Positions 37,589 to 48,273 are shown, counted from the whole stretch's first letter. The stretch: DNA of 63,198 nucleotides, filler included, from Candidatus Fermentibacterota bacterium (GCA_016928395.1; 6 parts of 6 records of this genome joined end to end with filler, not necessarily neighbours in it); one strand, 5' to 3'. Program-made: numbers and translations. Notes: generated by a model from the letters alone, not told the origin.

Positions 37589-39081
37589 GGTGCACCCCTT
37601 TCCAGACGAATGAGCTCCAAACCTTCGCCAAAGCGTCGCCGCCATCGGCCGGATCTGATCCACAGCGTATCAACCGAACGTTCCATGGACGGCATGTCCC
37701 AGTCAAGATGCACGAACCACACCCTCGAATAGGCTGAGAGCAGCGAATCCACGACGGATACGATGCCGGGTCCACCGAGGGGAAGATGGGCGTCAAAGGG
37801 GGCGTGGGCGCGGGCGCTGTCGACCGCTGAGTGTCGCCTTGCCGGGTCCATCGGGTAGTAATCGGCCATGAAGAGGCTGTTTCTTGAGCCGGTGAGGAAC
37901 ACGGCATCGTCTGACGTGGAGGACTCACGGATGTTTTCGGCCATGCCGCGCCAATCCTCGGGATGGAGCAAATACCCAGAGCTCTCTATCTGGCGCACAT
38001 GCGCAGGCGCCCACAGCAGAAGCATGGCCACCACCCACATGGGGCGCGTCGTGGCGGCGCCTGCGGCCAGGGGGATCAGGTAGGCCAGGTAGACCGGCAG
38101 GAGGAGATTCGCCGGAGATCCTTCGTAGCCAAGAAAGAGAAACGTCGGAAGGAAGAAGGCAGCGAGGAGACCGGTACGCCGGCGTGCCGTGGCCCACAGC
38201 CTCACCGAGCCTCTGACCGCCAGCACTGCGGGAATCATGAGCTGCAAAAGGAACACCGCCGCCTTCGGTGACCGAAGCAAGGCCAGGAGTGAATCGCCGT
38301 CCAGCCGGGTGAACAGGTATCCTGCTCCCAGATAGTAGACGTGACCGAGAAGCTTCTTGCCCGCCGCCAGAAACGAGGGGGTGGAACCCATGTGCCCCCC
38401 ATGCAGCCGGAACAAAACCTGGCTGGCTGTCGGTACCAGCAGAGGCGCATACAGCCCGAAGGCTAGAAGCCCCGCAAGGATGAGCGGGCGGCGCGTACGG
38501 GAGAAGCACAGCGCCGCCACCCACAGCGGCCAGCAGGCCAGCCATCCCAGGTGATGCAGTGCGGTTGAGACGCCGGTGCCGGCTGCCCAGACATACGCTC
38601 CCCGCCGATTCCCATTCAGATATGAGAGCAACCCCCACAGGGCAGCGGCCTGGGTAAAGGCCATGGGTGCGTACATGCGGGCCTCTTGGGCGCCGAGACG
38701 CACAAACGGCGAAAGCGCTGCCAGCCAGGCAGCCCAAAGGCCCAGCCTGGGGATTTCGAAGAAGCGACCGGCGCCGAGGGCCACCAGAACCAGCCCGGCA
38801 GCCGAGAGGGCCGAGGGGAGCCGGAGGAGGAACTCGGTGCTGCCAAACCACCGCATCCACAGGCCCACGAAGCGGAAGTATGTGCTGGGATGCTCATAGG
38901 GTTGAAGCCGGTAGAGCGCGGCACCGAAGGTCTCGCCTTCGTCCGCCCAGAGCGACTGGTTACTCAGGCGCCACATGGAAAACAGCATGGAAACCAGCAG
39001 TGGCGTCAGAGGCGAAAGGACAATCCTGCGCAGGACGGCAGTGCGGGCGGGCGGGCGCATCAAGGTGCTCGAGGAGTTCAC
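37585..39081 (-). CDS. GT-C fold glycosyltransferase (family 39/PMT-like)
   Basis: SLWADE, HP..YF, LRLPSA, QEARMY and EDWR; multiple TMs. Confidence 0.85.
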   Translation of the reverse strand: MNSSSTLMRPPARTAVLRRIVLSPLTPLLVSMLFSMWRLSNQSLWADEGETFGAALYRLQPYEHPSTYFRFVGLWMRWFGSTEFLLRLPSALSAAGLVLVALGAGRFFEIPRLGLWAAWLAALSPFVRLGAQEARMYAPMAFTQAAALWGLLSYLNGNRRGAYVWAAGTGVSTALHHLGWLACWPLWVAALCFSRTRRPLILAGLLAFGLYAPLLVPTASQVLFRLHGGHMGSTPSFLAAGKKLLGHVYYLGAGYLFTRLDGDSLLALLRSPKAAVFLLQLMIPAVLAVRGSVRLWATARRRTGLLAAFFLPTFLFLGYEGSPANLLLPVYLAYLIPLAAGAATTRPMWVVAMLLLWAPAHVRQIESSGYLLHPEDWRGMAENIRESSTSDDAVFLTGSRNSLFMADYYPMDPARRHSAVDSARAHAPFDAHLPLGGPGIVSVVDSLLSAYSRVWFVHLDWDMPSMERSVDTLWIRSGRWRRRFGEGLELIRLERGAP

Positions 39082-39241
39082 AGTCTACGGGTCGCTCTCT
39101 TTCGTCCGCCTCCCCAGTTCATCCTTCGATGCCCGAGGATCGACGTTCGATGTTGGATGTTCAGTGTTTGACATTCGCTCCCATCCAAGGTCCATTCCGT
39201 CACTCCACCGTTCCAGTCGTGTATCCTCCCATCCACTCTCC

Positions 39242-40645
39242 TCATATCTGACGTCTCATCCAGAGACCGCGTGCATATCCAATCGCCAGAAACACCAACG
39301 CCGCCAGATTGGAGACCACCATGCTGGCCCACACCGCATCCAGCCCGAACCGGGGTTCGAGCAGGTAGGCGAAGGGTACGCGAACCCCCCACAGCCGCAG
39401 AAACGCGGCGATCATCACGTACACCGTCACACCGCCGCCCTGGAACGCGCCCTGCAGGATCGACTGGCCCGCGAACAATACGGGCGAAGGGCCTGCCACC
39501 ACCAGAGTCCGATGCGCCAGTTGCACTACCGCTTCATCGTGGGTAAACAGCCGAGCCACGGGTTTCCCCGCAAGCATCAATAGGATCATGGGAACGAGCA
39601 GCGCGCTGGGAAGCGCCAGAAGGCCAACGCGTACGGCCTTTCTAGCCCGCTGCGAATCCCCGGCCCCAAGGCATTGGGCCACCGTGGTCGTCACGGCACT
39701 CACTGCTGCCATGGACGGGAGCATGCAGAGCTGGAACATCCTGCTGGCGAGCCCAAAGGCCGCCACGGGAACCGCTCCATGGGATGCTACCAGACGGGTG
39801 ATCACCGCAAACCCCAGGGAACTTCCGCTCATTCCCAGCCCCGAAGGAATACCTATGCGTGCGAGAGTGGCCAGCATAGGTCGCGAAGGCCGCCATCCCC
39901 ACGGGCTGACTTTGAACGGCCCTCGCCGGTCCATGAGGAGACGCAGCGCCCACAGACTGGCTACGCCCCGTGCAATGACCGTCGCATATGCGGCACCGCG
40001 CACGCCCCACCCCAACCCGAAAATCAGAAGCGGATCAAGAACCATATTGAGCAGGATGGCAACCGTGTCCACCAGCATGGGGGTCTTGGTGTCTCCCAGC
40101 CCTTGTGACAATGCCCGGAATGCGAACACAAAGCAGACCGGAGCCATGCCTGCGGTGACGATCCGGAAGTACGTATGTACGTCTGCGTAAGAGTCTGCCG
40201 GCGTCTTGATCATGCCCAGAATCTGGTGGGACCACATCTCCCCTGCCAGCACCACCACCCCGAAGTACATAACCAAGATCAAGACCACATGGGCCGCGAT
40301 AGAGGGGATGACCTCGAGCTTGCCCGCGCCGCGGGCCTGCCCTGCCAGAGCCGCGCCGGCCTGGCTTATGCCAACACCCATGGATGCAGCGAGAAAGAGA
40401 ATCTGGAAGGTGATCACCGGGGCGTTCATAGCCAGGGCCGCGTCCGGAAGCCGACCCAGCCAGAACATGTTCACCGCGGCATGCAGCCCCTCGAACACGC
40501 TGGCGATGAAGACCGGGGTTCCCAGCCGCACCATGCTGCCGAGGATGGGCCCGCGAGTCATATCGATGCCGCCCGAGCGTCGAGCGCCGTCTCCTGTGGC
40601 CTTGCGGAAACGAAGGATGGATGGAATCCAGCGGTGATGCATCAA
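39242..40645 (-). CDS. MATE-family efflux transporter
   Basis: DMTRGPI, GDTKTPM, NMVLDPLLIFG and GVRGAAYAT. Start uncertain. Confidence 0.92.
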   Translation of the reverse strand: MMHHRWIPSILRFRKATGDGARRSGGIDMTRGPILGSMVRLGTPVFIASVFEGLHAAVNMFWLGRLPDAALAMNAPVITFQILFLAASMGVGISQAGAALAGQARGAGKLEVIPSIAAHVVLILVMYFGVVVLAGEMWSHQILGMIKTPADSYADVHTYFRIVTAGMAPVCFVFAFRALSQGLGDTKTPMLVDTVAILLNMVLDPLLIFGLGWGVRGAAYATVIARGVASLWALRLLMDRRGPFKVSPWGWRPSRPMLATLARIGIPSGLGMSGSSLGFAVITRLVASHGAVPVAAFGLASRMFQLCMLPSMAAVSAVTTTVAQCLGAGDSQRARKAVRVGLLALPSALLVPMILLMLAGKPVARLFTHDEAVVQLAHRTLVVAGPSPVLFAGQSILQGAFQGGGVTVYVMIAAFLRLWGVRVPFAYLLEPRFGLDAVWASMVVSNLAALVFLAIGYARGLWMRRQI

Positions 40646-40671
40646 TGCCTTATGAGGTGGGAAGAGATTAC

Positions 40672-40747
40672 TGGAGCTGGTGAGCGGAATCGAACCGCTG
40701 ACCTACGCATTACGAGTGCGCCGCTCTACCTGCTGAGCTACACCAGC
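40672..40747 (-). tRNA. tRNA-Thr(CGT)
   Basis: GCTGGTG/CACCAGC acceptor stem; GCGCA-ctCGTaa-TGCGT; GTTCGAT; CCA. Confidence 0.96.
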
Positions 40748-40760
40748 GCGTCCATGAATC

Positions 40761-41132
40761 CTAAAGCCAGCCTGTCCTCTTCTCGAACTCCCTCAGCGTG
40801 GCGACAAGTCTCCGGATGACCTTGAGCCCGACTTGCGGGTTGCGCAAGACCATTTTCTCGAAGGACTCATTTGACAGACAGAACAGCGAACACGCGGTCG
40901 TTGCCTGCACCGTGGCGGTACGCGACTCCCCTGCCAAGAAGGAGACCTCTCCGAGGAGGTCTCCTTGCGAGGCCGTGTTTACCTCGTACTCCACACCGTT
41001 ACGTGCCTTGATGATCGACAGCTCACCCGAACGGATCACGAACATCCTGCCATTGTTCGGATCGCCCTCGCGGAACAGAATCTGGCCCGGATCGAGCTCG
41101 ATGATGTCGAAATCAGACTGAACAGACGCCAT
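40761..41132 (-). CDS. Stand-alone cyclic nucleotide-binding domain protein
   Basis: LFREGD, MFVIRSG and GEVSFL...RTATV; no HTH. Confidence 0.88.
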   Translation of the reverse strand: MASVQSDFDIIELDPGQILFREGDPNNGRMFVIRSGELSIIKARNGVEYEVNTASQGDLLGEVSFLAGESRTATVQATTACSLFCLSNESFEKMVLRNPQVGLKVIRRLVATLREFEKRTGWL

Positions 41133-41168
41133 CGCTACGCACCTTTGCCTGGCAGCGTACACAACGCC

Positions 41169-41244
41169 TGGTGGAGCTGACGGGGATCGAACCCGTTACC
41201 TCTTGTCTGCCAGACAAGCGCTCTCCCAGATGAGCTACAGCCCC
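41169..41244 (-). tRNA. tRNA-Ala(GGC)
   Basis: GGGGCTG/CAGCTCC acceptor stem with G3:U70; CTTGT-ctGGCag-ACAAG; CCA. Confidence 0.96.
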
Positions 41245-41263
41245 GACAAGTGAAAGACTGTGC

Positions 41264-41293
41264 AGTATAGACTGCGAATGCGCCTCCTGTCAA
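41264..41293 (-). promoter_or_regulatory. Sigma70-type promoter for tRNA-Ala
   Basis: TTGACA-18 nt-TATACT on the minus strand, about 20 nt upstream of the tRNA. Confidence 0.75.
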
Positions 41294-41451
41294 CCCCAAC
41301 CAGCAGCCCCGCGGATAGGCGGGCCACGGGGACTGAGAGACGACCTCGGTGTCGTTCGCGAGAGCTCCCCATAAGGATTTGGACTCTCACTCCACAAAAA
41401 TCCGTAAGCAGTCCGGGCTCAACTGAGAATTAACCTGTGACTTCATCAGAA

Positions 41452-41584
41452 TAGCCTCGTGCGAAACGCTACGGACGACGCAGAGGTCGTCCCTCCATTC
41501 GGGAAAGATACCCTGTCCCCTGGTCCCTCTGAAGGGTCGGGCTTCGTCCCGACCGCGACGCCACCAGGGTTTCGTACGAGGCTC
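41452..41584. mobile_element. MITE-like element (133 bp)
   Basis: Terminal inverted repeats AGCCTCGTGCGAAACGCT / AGCCTCGTACGAAACCCT (16/18); flanked by an AGAA direct repeat; no ORF. Confidence 0.65.
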
Positions 41585-41594
41585 AGAAGCTTCC

Positions 41595-41694
41595 NNNNNN
41601 NNNNNNNNNNNNNNNNNNNNNNNNNNNNNNNNNNNNNNTTAATTAATTAANNNNNNNNNNNNNNNNNNNNNNNNNNNNNNNNNNNNNNNNNNNN
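41595..41694. other. Artificial contig spacer
   Basis: N-run, TTAATTAATTAA, N-run. Confidence 0.98.
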
Positions 41695-42456
41695 AGAACC
41701 TGGATCGAAAGCGAGCTGTTCAAGCACGATCCCGAGGCTTTTATGGCCATGATCAGGCCTCCCGGTTTTCTGGTTACCTATGATTACCCCCCGGTGTTTG
41801 CCTTGTTCTGCATGCCCTTTACCTTCACTGACCTGTTCGGCTTCGCCGCGATCTGGTGGCTGCTCACCGTCGGCCTCTATCTGCTCTGCATCATGGAGGT
41901 GACGCGCAACCTGCGGCTGAAGCTGGTTCTCTGCGCGGCCGCGCTGCACTTCCCGCCGTTTCTCAATCATCTTCGCTTCGGGAGCACGGTGGTCATCGTT
42001 ATGGGCCTTGCCCTGCTCTTCGGAAGCTTCGGTATCGCCCTGGCAGGGTGGTTCAAGCTCTACCCCTGGGTTCTGGCGCTGCGCCGGGACGGCAGGATGA
42101 GACCCGTTCTTGCATGGAGCGCGATTCTGGGAATCGCCGGGCTAGCGGCCACCCATGGAGACATCCAGCCATTCTACGAGTGGATGAGCAACCTCCGGCA
42201 GTATCAGCATGCCGCGGGCTTGAACAATGCCGCAACATGGATCCGCGTGGGTATGGCTCTCGTCCTGCTGGTCATCTCTTTGGTCAAACGCTGGCATCCG
42301 GCCATCGTGCTGGCCATCGGCCAGGGGCTTTCTCCCGTGTGGTGGCCGGGGTACTGGTGCGCCTTCGTGCCCGTGGCGGCCATGGGCATCGAGCGAGCGC
42401 TCGAACGGCTGTGGCCCCTGCTCCATAGGCGAATGTTGCGGAGCGCGACGGCATGA
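41695..42456 (+). CDS. GT87-like membrane glycosyltransferase (5' partial)
   Basis: Frame open from the contig edge; YDYPPVFALFCMPF and FKLYP; hydrophobic. Confidence 0.6.
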   Translation, partial: RTWIESELFKHDPEAFMAMIRPPGFLVTYDYPPVFALFCMPFTFTDLFGFAAIWWLLTVGLYLLCIMEVTRNLRLKLVLCAAALHFPPFLNHLRFGSTVVIVMGLALLFGSFGIALAGWFKLYPWVLALRRDGRMRPVLAWSAILGIAGLAATHGDIQPFYEWMSNLRQYQHAAGLNNAATWIRVGMALVLLVISLVKRWHPAIVLAIGQGLSPVWWPGYWCAFVPVAAMGIERALERLWPLLHRRMLRSATA

Positions 42457-44369
42457 GGATCTCCCCAATGGAGCCCGGCCGCACGCGCCCACGAGAAGGG
42501 CTCACCACCCGTCGCATTCTATGGGCCATGGTCATCCTGGCATTGTGCGCCCATGCGGTGGTGCTGGTGCGCACCGCGTGGGTCCACGATGACGCGTTCA
42601 TCACCATGCGAACCGTCTCCAACCTTCTGGGCGGCCACGGCATGACCTACAATGCCGGCGAACGCGTGCAGACCTATACCCATCCGCTGTGGATGCTGGT
42701 CATGACCGCAGCGTACGGGCTCACCAGGGAGCCCTTCTACACGCTAATCGCCCTGGGCGGCCTCCTCTCGCTGATCGCCCTGGGCATCGTCGCCTTGAAG
42801 CTGGCGAGTTCACCCTATCAGGCCGTGTTAATCGTAACGCTGGCAACCACGTCGAAAGCCCTCACCGACTATTCGACCTCAGGACTCGAGAACCCTCTGG
42901 TCCATGTGCTTCTGGTCTTGTTCGCCTCGACGCTCTTCCTGGCGCGCCCTTCGAATTTCGGGCGCTTGGCCCTGCTGGCGGGCCTGGCCGTGTGGACGCG
43001 GCCCGATGCGGGGCTTCTGGTCGCTCCCGCACTGGTGTGTGCGTTCATGAGTGCGGGCCCGCGGCGTGGGAAGCGGTTGCTCATGGGGCTATCGCCCCTT
43101 ATCGCGTGGATGGCCTTCCAGATCTGGTACTATGGATTCCCGTTCCCCAATACGGCATACGCCAAGCTGGGCGCCGGCATTCCGGCTCTCAGCGTGGCCC
43201 AGCGCGGCCTGTGGTACCTGTGGAACTCTCTCCTGTGGGACCCGCTGACCCTCCTCACTCTCGCGGCTGGTGTGGTCGGGGCATGGGTGAGTAGGCAGCG
43301 GGCTTTGGGTGTGGGCATTCTGTTGTACCTGGCCTACGTCGTTCGCGCGGGGGGAGATTTCATGAGCGGGAGGTTCCTGACCCCGCCCTTGTTCATGGCG
43401 CTGATCGTGCTGGCACGGCTATCAATGTCCAGACCGCGGGCCTTGCTGGCCGCCGGGCTGATACTCACCGTGAGCCTTTCCACACCTCGATCGCCGCTTC
43501 TGTCCGGCCGCGGATACGGCCGCGAGGGAGGCCCCCCGCAGCGGAGTTTGGGCGGGATATGCGATGAGCGCGCGTACTACTACCAATCATGGGGTTTGCT
43601 CACCGTGCCCCGAGGCACACCCTTCCAAGACCGGCACCGGGCAGCCGTGGCGGAGGGCCTCTCGACTCGAAGGGTAATGTGGCGAAAGGGCGTTGGCTTT
43701 GCCGGATTCTTCCATGCCGGCCCTCACGACTACGTGATCGACGCCTTTGCCCTGACCAGTCCCCTCTTGGCACGCCTCCCGGCTGCCCAGGACCAGCCAT
43801 GGCTCGTCGGCCACATCAAGAGATGGATTCCCAGCGGCTACTTCGAGTCGCTCAGGACGGGCGAGAACCTCATTCACGACGAGAACCTCCGTCAGTTCTA
43901 CGACCGGCTCCGTATCATCACTCAGGGAAGCCTCACCAGCGTATCGCGTCTGGGCGAGATCGTACGGATGAATACTGGGGCCTACCGCCACCTCGTGGCC
44001 CAGCCTCGTCACTACGATGTACCCATCGGCCTTCTGGCCCGGGTGCACGCTCCGGCGACCACCTGGGAAGCGGTGTGGGAATGCCCGATAGTCCCGGAAG
44101 GGAGCGTCGGCCTCATTCTGAACGGCCGCACCAATGCCCGAGGGTTCGACATCAGGCTGAGCGGAGAAGCCGTCTACGGGATCACACTCCTGCGCGGCGG
44201 CGTAGAGACGTACTCCATTGCCGTGGGTGCGCCTGGTTCCGTAGGAGTGCCCGAGTCGGTGTTCGTCGAGGTTCCACCCGAGGTAGTAGTGCACGGCTAT
44301 GAGATGGTTCGTGTCCGCCCTCTGGGCGGTACCGGCCACGCCGTGAGCGATCTGCGCCTAATGGAGTAG
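42453..44369 (+). CDS. GT-C membrane protein (arabinofuranosyltransferase AftB-like)
   Basis: DDAFIT.R..N, NAGERVQTYTHPLW, SGLENPL, RPDA, PNTAYAK and GGDFMSGRF. Confidence 0.78.
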   Translation: MRISPMEPGRTRPREGLTTRRILWAMVILALCAHAVVLVRTAWVHDDAFITMRTVSNLLGGHGMTYNAGERVQTYTHPLWMLVMTAAYGLTREPFYTLIALGGLLSLIALGIVALKLASSPYQAVLIVTLATTSKALTDYSTSGLENPLVHVLLVLFASTLFLARPSNFGRLALLAGLAVWTRPDAGLLVAPALVCAFMSAGPRRGKRLLMGLSPLIAWMAFQIWYYGFPFPNTAYAKLGAGIPALSVAQRGLWYLWNSLLWDPLTLLTLAAGVVGAWVSRQRALGVGILLYLAYVVRAGGDFMSGRFLTPPLFMALIVLARLSMSRPRALLAAGLILTVSLSTPRSPLLSGRGYGREGGPPQRSLGGICDERAYYYQSWGLLTVPRGTPFQDRHRAAVAEGLSTRRVMWRKGVGFAGFFHAGPHDYVIDAFALTSPLLARLPAAQDQPWLVGHIKRWIPSGYFESLRTGENLIHDENLRQFYDRLRIITQGSLTSVSRLGEIVRMNTGAYRHLVAQPRHYDVPIGLLARVHAPATTWEAVWECPIVPEGSVGLILNGRTNARGFDIRLSGEAVYGITLLRGGVETYSIAVGAPGSVGVPESVFVEVPPEVVVHGYEMVRVRPLGGTGHAVSDLRLME

Positions 44370-44606
44370 CGTACAGCCAAACGAGAATCGGCGACGCAGC
44401 CTCTCTGGGAGATTCAAGATGGACTATTCTAATGTTAGAATAGTCTGTCGAACACCGCGAGAACTCCTTCTCACCCCGGGCATGCACTTCAGGGGCAAGG
44501 CTGCGGCCCTACCCGCGCGTCCTTCGCCGCCCCACGACCCATGTGTCCGGCAGCGCCGGAATCAAACACGCCCGGTGCGCCGCCAACCATCAGCAGCCCC
44601 GCCCAT

Positions 44607-46610
44607 TCAAGCCTCCCCCTCATACACCCAATAGTGGCACGAAGTCAAATCGCCTTCCACCACGACCTTGACAGTCCCTTTGGCGGAGACCGGGATGGAG
44701 TGATGGCTGAACCCGTCTTCGAGCGCCAGCCGGCCGCTGAAGGCCTGAATCCCGTCGACAATGACCCGAACCAGCGGATTAGACTCCTCCAACGGCGCGG
44801 GCGCCTCGGGATCCCGGTAGTACCTGGCCACGATGCTGCCGCCCTCAGAGGGAAGGGTCAGCGTGAATTCCTCTCGTCTGACGCGCCGGCCTCCATCCCA
44901 GAACTCTTCTCCTTGGCGAGGCAGCATACTCGCTGGGCCGGGCTTCGGCCAGTGGCGATAGCCTTTCACTCGTTCAGACGACGCGTCTCCGACATCCAAC
45001 TCGTCGAAGGGCTCTTCGAAGGGTGGCCGGTCGGCCAATGGTGAGAGATCAAGCGGTCGTACGGTCCCGTAGTGCCGGTAGCGCACCTCGAAGGTCTCCT
45101 CCTGGCCAATCGAGAACTGGCTCAGCCATTCCTCCAGAGGACCCTCCGTGCCAAAGGTCGCCAAGACGACGCGCCGGGGGTAGGTTCGCTGCACGTACTC
45201 GGCAGTCTCCAGGTACTTGCCGAAGCGGCCAAGCTGGCGGGACAGGACTGGATCATTGCTCACGGAGAGCGAATACCACGGGGCGTTCCCGTCAAACCAG
45301 TACCGGGCCGGCGATTCCTGGCTGAGAACCGTTTCACCGGGAAAACGAGTGAGGATGTGGTCGGCGATCTGTTTGTCACATGCCACGTAGGTAAATCCCT
45401 TCCGTGCCACCTCAACTGCCCCCAAACCGTGGGCCACCATGACCACCAACACGAACACGGTCGCCCCCGCCGCCCGCCGTCCGCCGATAGTCTCTGTTGC
45501 CAGGAGATCGAAAGCCCCCCCAAGGAAGAAGGGCATCACGACCTGTAGGTGCCGGTTGAAGTGGATTCCTGAGAAGACGGTGATGGAATCACCCGCGATC
45601 AGAAGGGCCATGTACCCGATCACAACAAGCAGCCAGCCCGGCCGGCGTCTCGCCAGGCCAATAATGCCGACAAGCCCGACCAGTGGTGGGAGGGTGCCAA
45701 GCCACCCCGATCCGCGAGCGCCGATCTTGGTCTGTGCTGAGAAGAGCCCGAGGAGGGTGCCTTTGATCTGATCAGTCACCCCGGCACACGCAGTCGTCAG
45801 ACTATTGATGCCTTCATAATGGCTGATGTTCTGCGGCACGACCCCCATCGGCATGAGGCTCCCGGTCAGATGCAGGGATAGGAGCGGCGGGACGGCCAAC
45901 ACGCAGCAGCCGGGGAGAAACCGCCACATCCGGCTCCATCCGTGTGCGAACCCGAAGAAACTCACCAGTACGACATAGGTAGACAGGCCTTCGGGTCTGC
46001 AGAGGCCGGCCAGGAGGGCCAAGGCCATGAAGCGTGGGAAGGAATGGAGCGAAGCCAAGGCTCCCCAGAAGAAGGCGAAGAAGAAACCGAAGTTGGTGTG
46101 AAACACATTGCCGAAGATTCCCGGCGCCAGGGCACACGCGAAGGCCGCCGGCACAGCCGCCGTTGGCATGAATCGCCGGAAGAACACCCACAACGCCCGG
46201 GTCGCCGCCAGCGCAACGATGAGGCACATGACGAGTGCCGAGAGTACAAACGAGGAGGGCGAACGCAATCCGAGCCACCAGCCGGCCGAGTAGAGGAGCG
46301 GGCTGAGGAAATCGGAGTGCATGGTTGACGGTGGATCCCCGGGATGCACCTGAAGGGGATGGCCGTGTACCCAGGTTCTGGCAAACAAGAGGGTGTTCAT
46401 CGTGTCGGGCTGGGGCATGCACCAGGCCTTGACCTCCGGTGCATACGCGAAGCCCATGTACACCGCCCACTGGACAACCACCAGCACCATGAGCAGTGCG
46501 ACAACGCTGCGTTCCGGAAGGCCGAACAACCCGGCGCCCGGAGAATCGGGGAGCACACGCTGCTGTGAAGCGGCGTGATCAGACGAATCGTGAGGGCGCC
46601 GCACACTCAT
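44607..46610 (-). CDS. Polytopic membrane protein (GT-C-like) with extracytoplasmic C-terminal domain
   Basis: Multiple TMs, RPEG motif, DELDVGD..SE and DGGR. Confidence 0.7.
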   Translation of the reverse strand: MSVRRPHDSSDHAASQQRVLPDSPGAGLFGLPERSVVALLMVLVVVQWAVYMGFAYAPEVKAWCMPQPDTMNTLLFARTWVHGHPLQVHPGDPPSTMHSDFLSPLLYSAGWWLGLRSPSSFVLSALVMCLIVALAATRALWVFFRRFMPTAAVPAAFACALAPGIFGNVFHTNFGFFFAFFWGALASLHSFPRFMALALLAGLCRPEGLSTYVVLVSFFGFAHGWSRMWRFLPGCCVLAVPPLLSLHLTGSLMPMGVVPQNISHYEGINSLTTACAGVTDQIKGTLLGLFSAQTKIGARGSGWLGTLPPLVGLVGIIGLARRRPGWLLVVIGYMALLIAGDSITVFSGIHFNRHLQVVMPFFLGGAFDLLATETIGGRRAAGATVFVLVVMVAHGLGAVEVARKGFTYVACDKQIADHILTRFPGETVLSQESPARYWFDGNAPWYSLSVSNDPVLSRQLGRFGKYLETAEYVQRTYPRRVVLATFGTEGPLEEWLSQFSIGQEETFEVRYRHYGTVRPLDLSPLADRPPFEEPFDELDVGDASSERVKGYRHWPKPGPASMLPRQGEEFWDGGRRVRREEFTLTLPSEGGSIVARYYRDPEAPAPLEESNPLVRVIVDGIQAFSGRLALEDGFSHHSIPVSAKGTVKVVVEGDLTSCHYWVYEGEA

Positions 46611-47918
46611 GGGGACTCATCCCCGGGCTCGTTCGCCACCACCCCCCGGGGTTCGACGGGCGCGGACGCGGTCCAGTAGTGATACGAGTGAAACAGGCCG
46701 CTCACCTCAAATTGAGTCGGCCCCTCCACCGACAGAGGAACCCAAACATCGACAAAGCCCGAGGAGAGATGTGGCGCATGATGGTACACCGTATCCCCCT
46801 GCGCGAGGATTGTGACGAACAGACGATCGAGATTGAGCGACACGGCAGCCTGCGTGCCCCCCAGGTCGAACCCGTCATATTCCGCCCTGTACCGGGCTAC
46901 GAGAACCCCATGAGGGGGAACCCGCATGGTGAACTGCTCCCGGGTCACCAGCGGCCGCCCCCCATCCGCGATGCAGCCATCACGATGCAGGAATCCCCCG
47001 GCCGGCATGATCAGATCATCACGCCACCGATAGCCATGGGCATACTCAGACAGAGGATCACCCACATCCAGCTCATCGGCACAACTCGGATAGGGACGGC
47101 TGTCCGCCAGGGCGTCGGGCCTTACCCCTCGAATCTGCACCCGGTGCTCTCCTGCCCAGACGGTCGTGAGCGAGTCAGTCACGGATCGAAGCCACGTGCC
47201 CAGGGATCCCGATACTCCGTAGTCAAGCCACAGGTCCGGGGAGCGGCGCTGGATCACCTCACCCAACTCGGTCAAACGGCCAAAGCGCCTGACCAACCTT
47301 CCCATCTCAGCGTCAACCTGGGGGCTCAGCACAAACCAGCGCACCCGGTTGTCGCCCCAGTAGGCTGCCTTACCTGATTCGTCCATGACCAGAGCCCCAG
47401 GCCACTGCGCCGCGATATGATCCACGGCAGCCTTGTCGGCCGCGATGCCCCCTACGGCCCGCCGGTTTTCGGCGAGCGAGCCAACGAGCTGGAGGAGGAT
47501 TACGACGAAGAAGAACCCCACGATGGTTCGATACGCCCAGGCCTGCGTCCCGCAGATCAGACGAGCGCCCAAAAGCCCAAAGCCGATCAAGAATGGTGTG
47601 AACACATGGAGATGCCGGTGCCAGTGAGTTCCGGAAAAGGAGGTGAAGGAATCGGCAAAGGTGAACAGCGTGACCGCCGCGCCGATCATGACCAGCCACC
47701 GGGGGCGCGCGATCAGCAGTCCCACCACGGCACAGAACAGCAGCAGGGGCGGCAGCACGCCAATCCATCCCGAACCAGCCTGGCCTACGGTGGTCCCCGA
47801 GGGGAAAAGACCCAGGAGTACCCCCTTGACATGATCGGTGAATGAGGCCATGGCGATATGCAGCGCGTCCACACGCCCGTAGTAGTTCAGGATGTTCTGA
47901 GGAGCGACCCCCTGCGGC
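46607..47918 (-). CDS. Paralog of the downstream membrane protein (5' truncated by the gap)
   Basis: Shares GVxPQNI, KGxLLGLF, GSGWxGxLPP, FSGxHxxRHL, DELDVGD and DGGR; frame open to the contig edge. Confidence 0.72.
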
Positions 47919-48018
47919 NNNNNNNNNNNNNNNNNNNNNNNNNNNNNNNNNNNNNNNNNNNNTTAATTAATTAANNNNNNNNNNNNNNNNNNNNNNNNNN
48001 NNNNNNNNNNNNNNNNNN
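47919..48018. other. Artificial contig spacer
   Basis: N-run, TTAATTAATTAA, N-run. Confidence 0.98.
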
Positions 48019-48273
48019 AAGGCTCCTGAGCCGACCATGTCTGCGCCTCCGAGTCTTACTGGTCGGGATCGGCCTATGTGCTGTCCGGGGACATGAGCAT
48101 GACCTGGTAGTGAGTTTGTCATCCGACCTTGATGCACAGACCGTGCCGGCCCTCAGACGCATCTCAGGCGCGGCGAACAATAGGACCACCCCGCGATGGG
48201 GAATTTGCCCATCCGCGGCGACCCGCTCGGCCCACCATACGCCACTGCAGCAGCGTCTGCTGGGTCGCCCGCG

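Noticed and set aside
41360..41415. CCCCATAAGGATTTGGACTCTC as another IS end
   Set aside because: No partner repeat or transposase visible; resemblance too weak.
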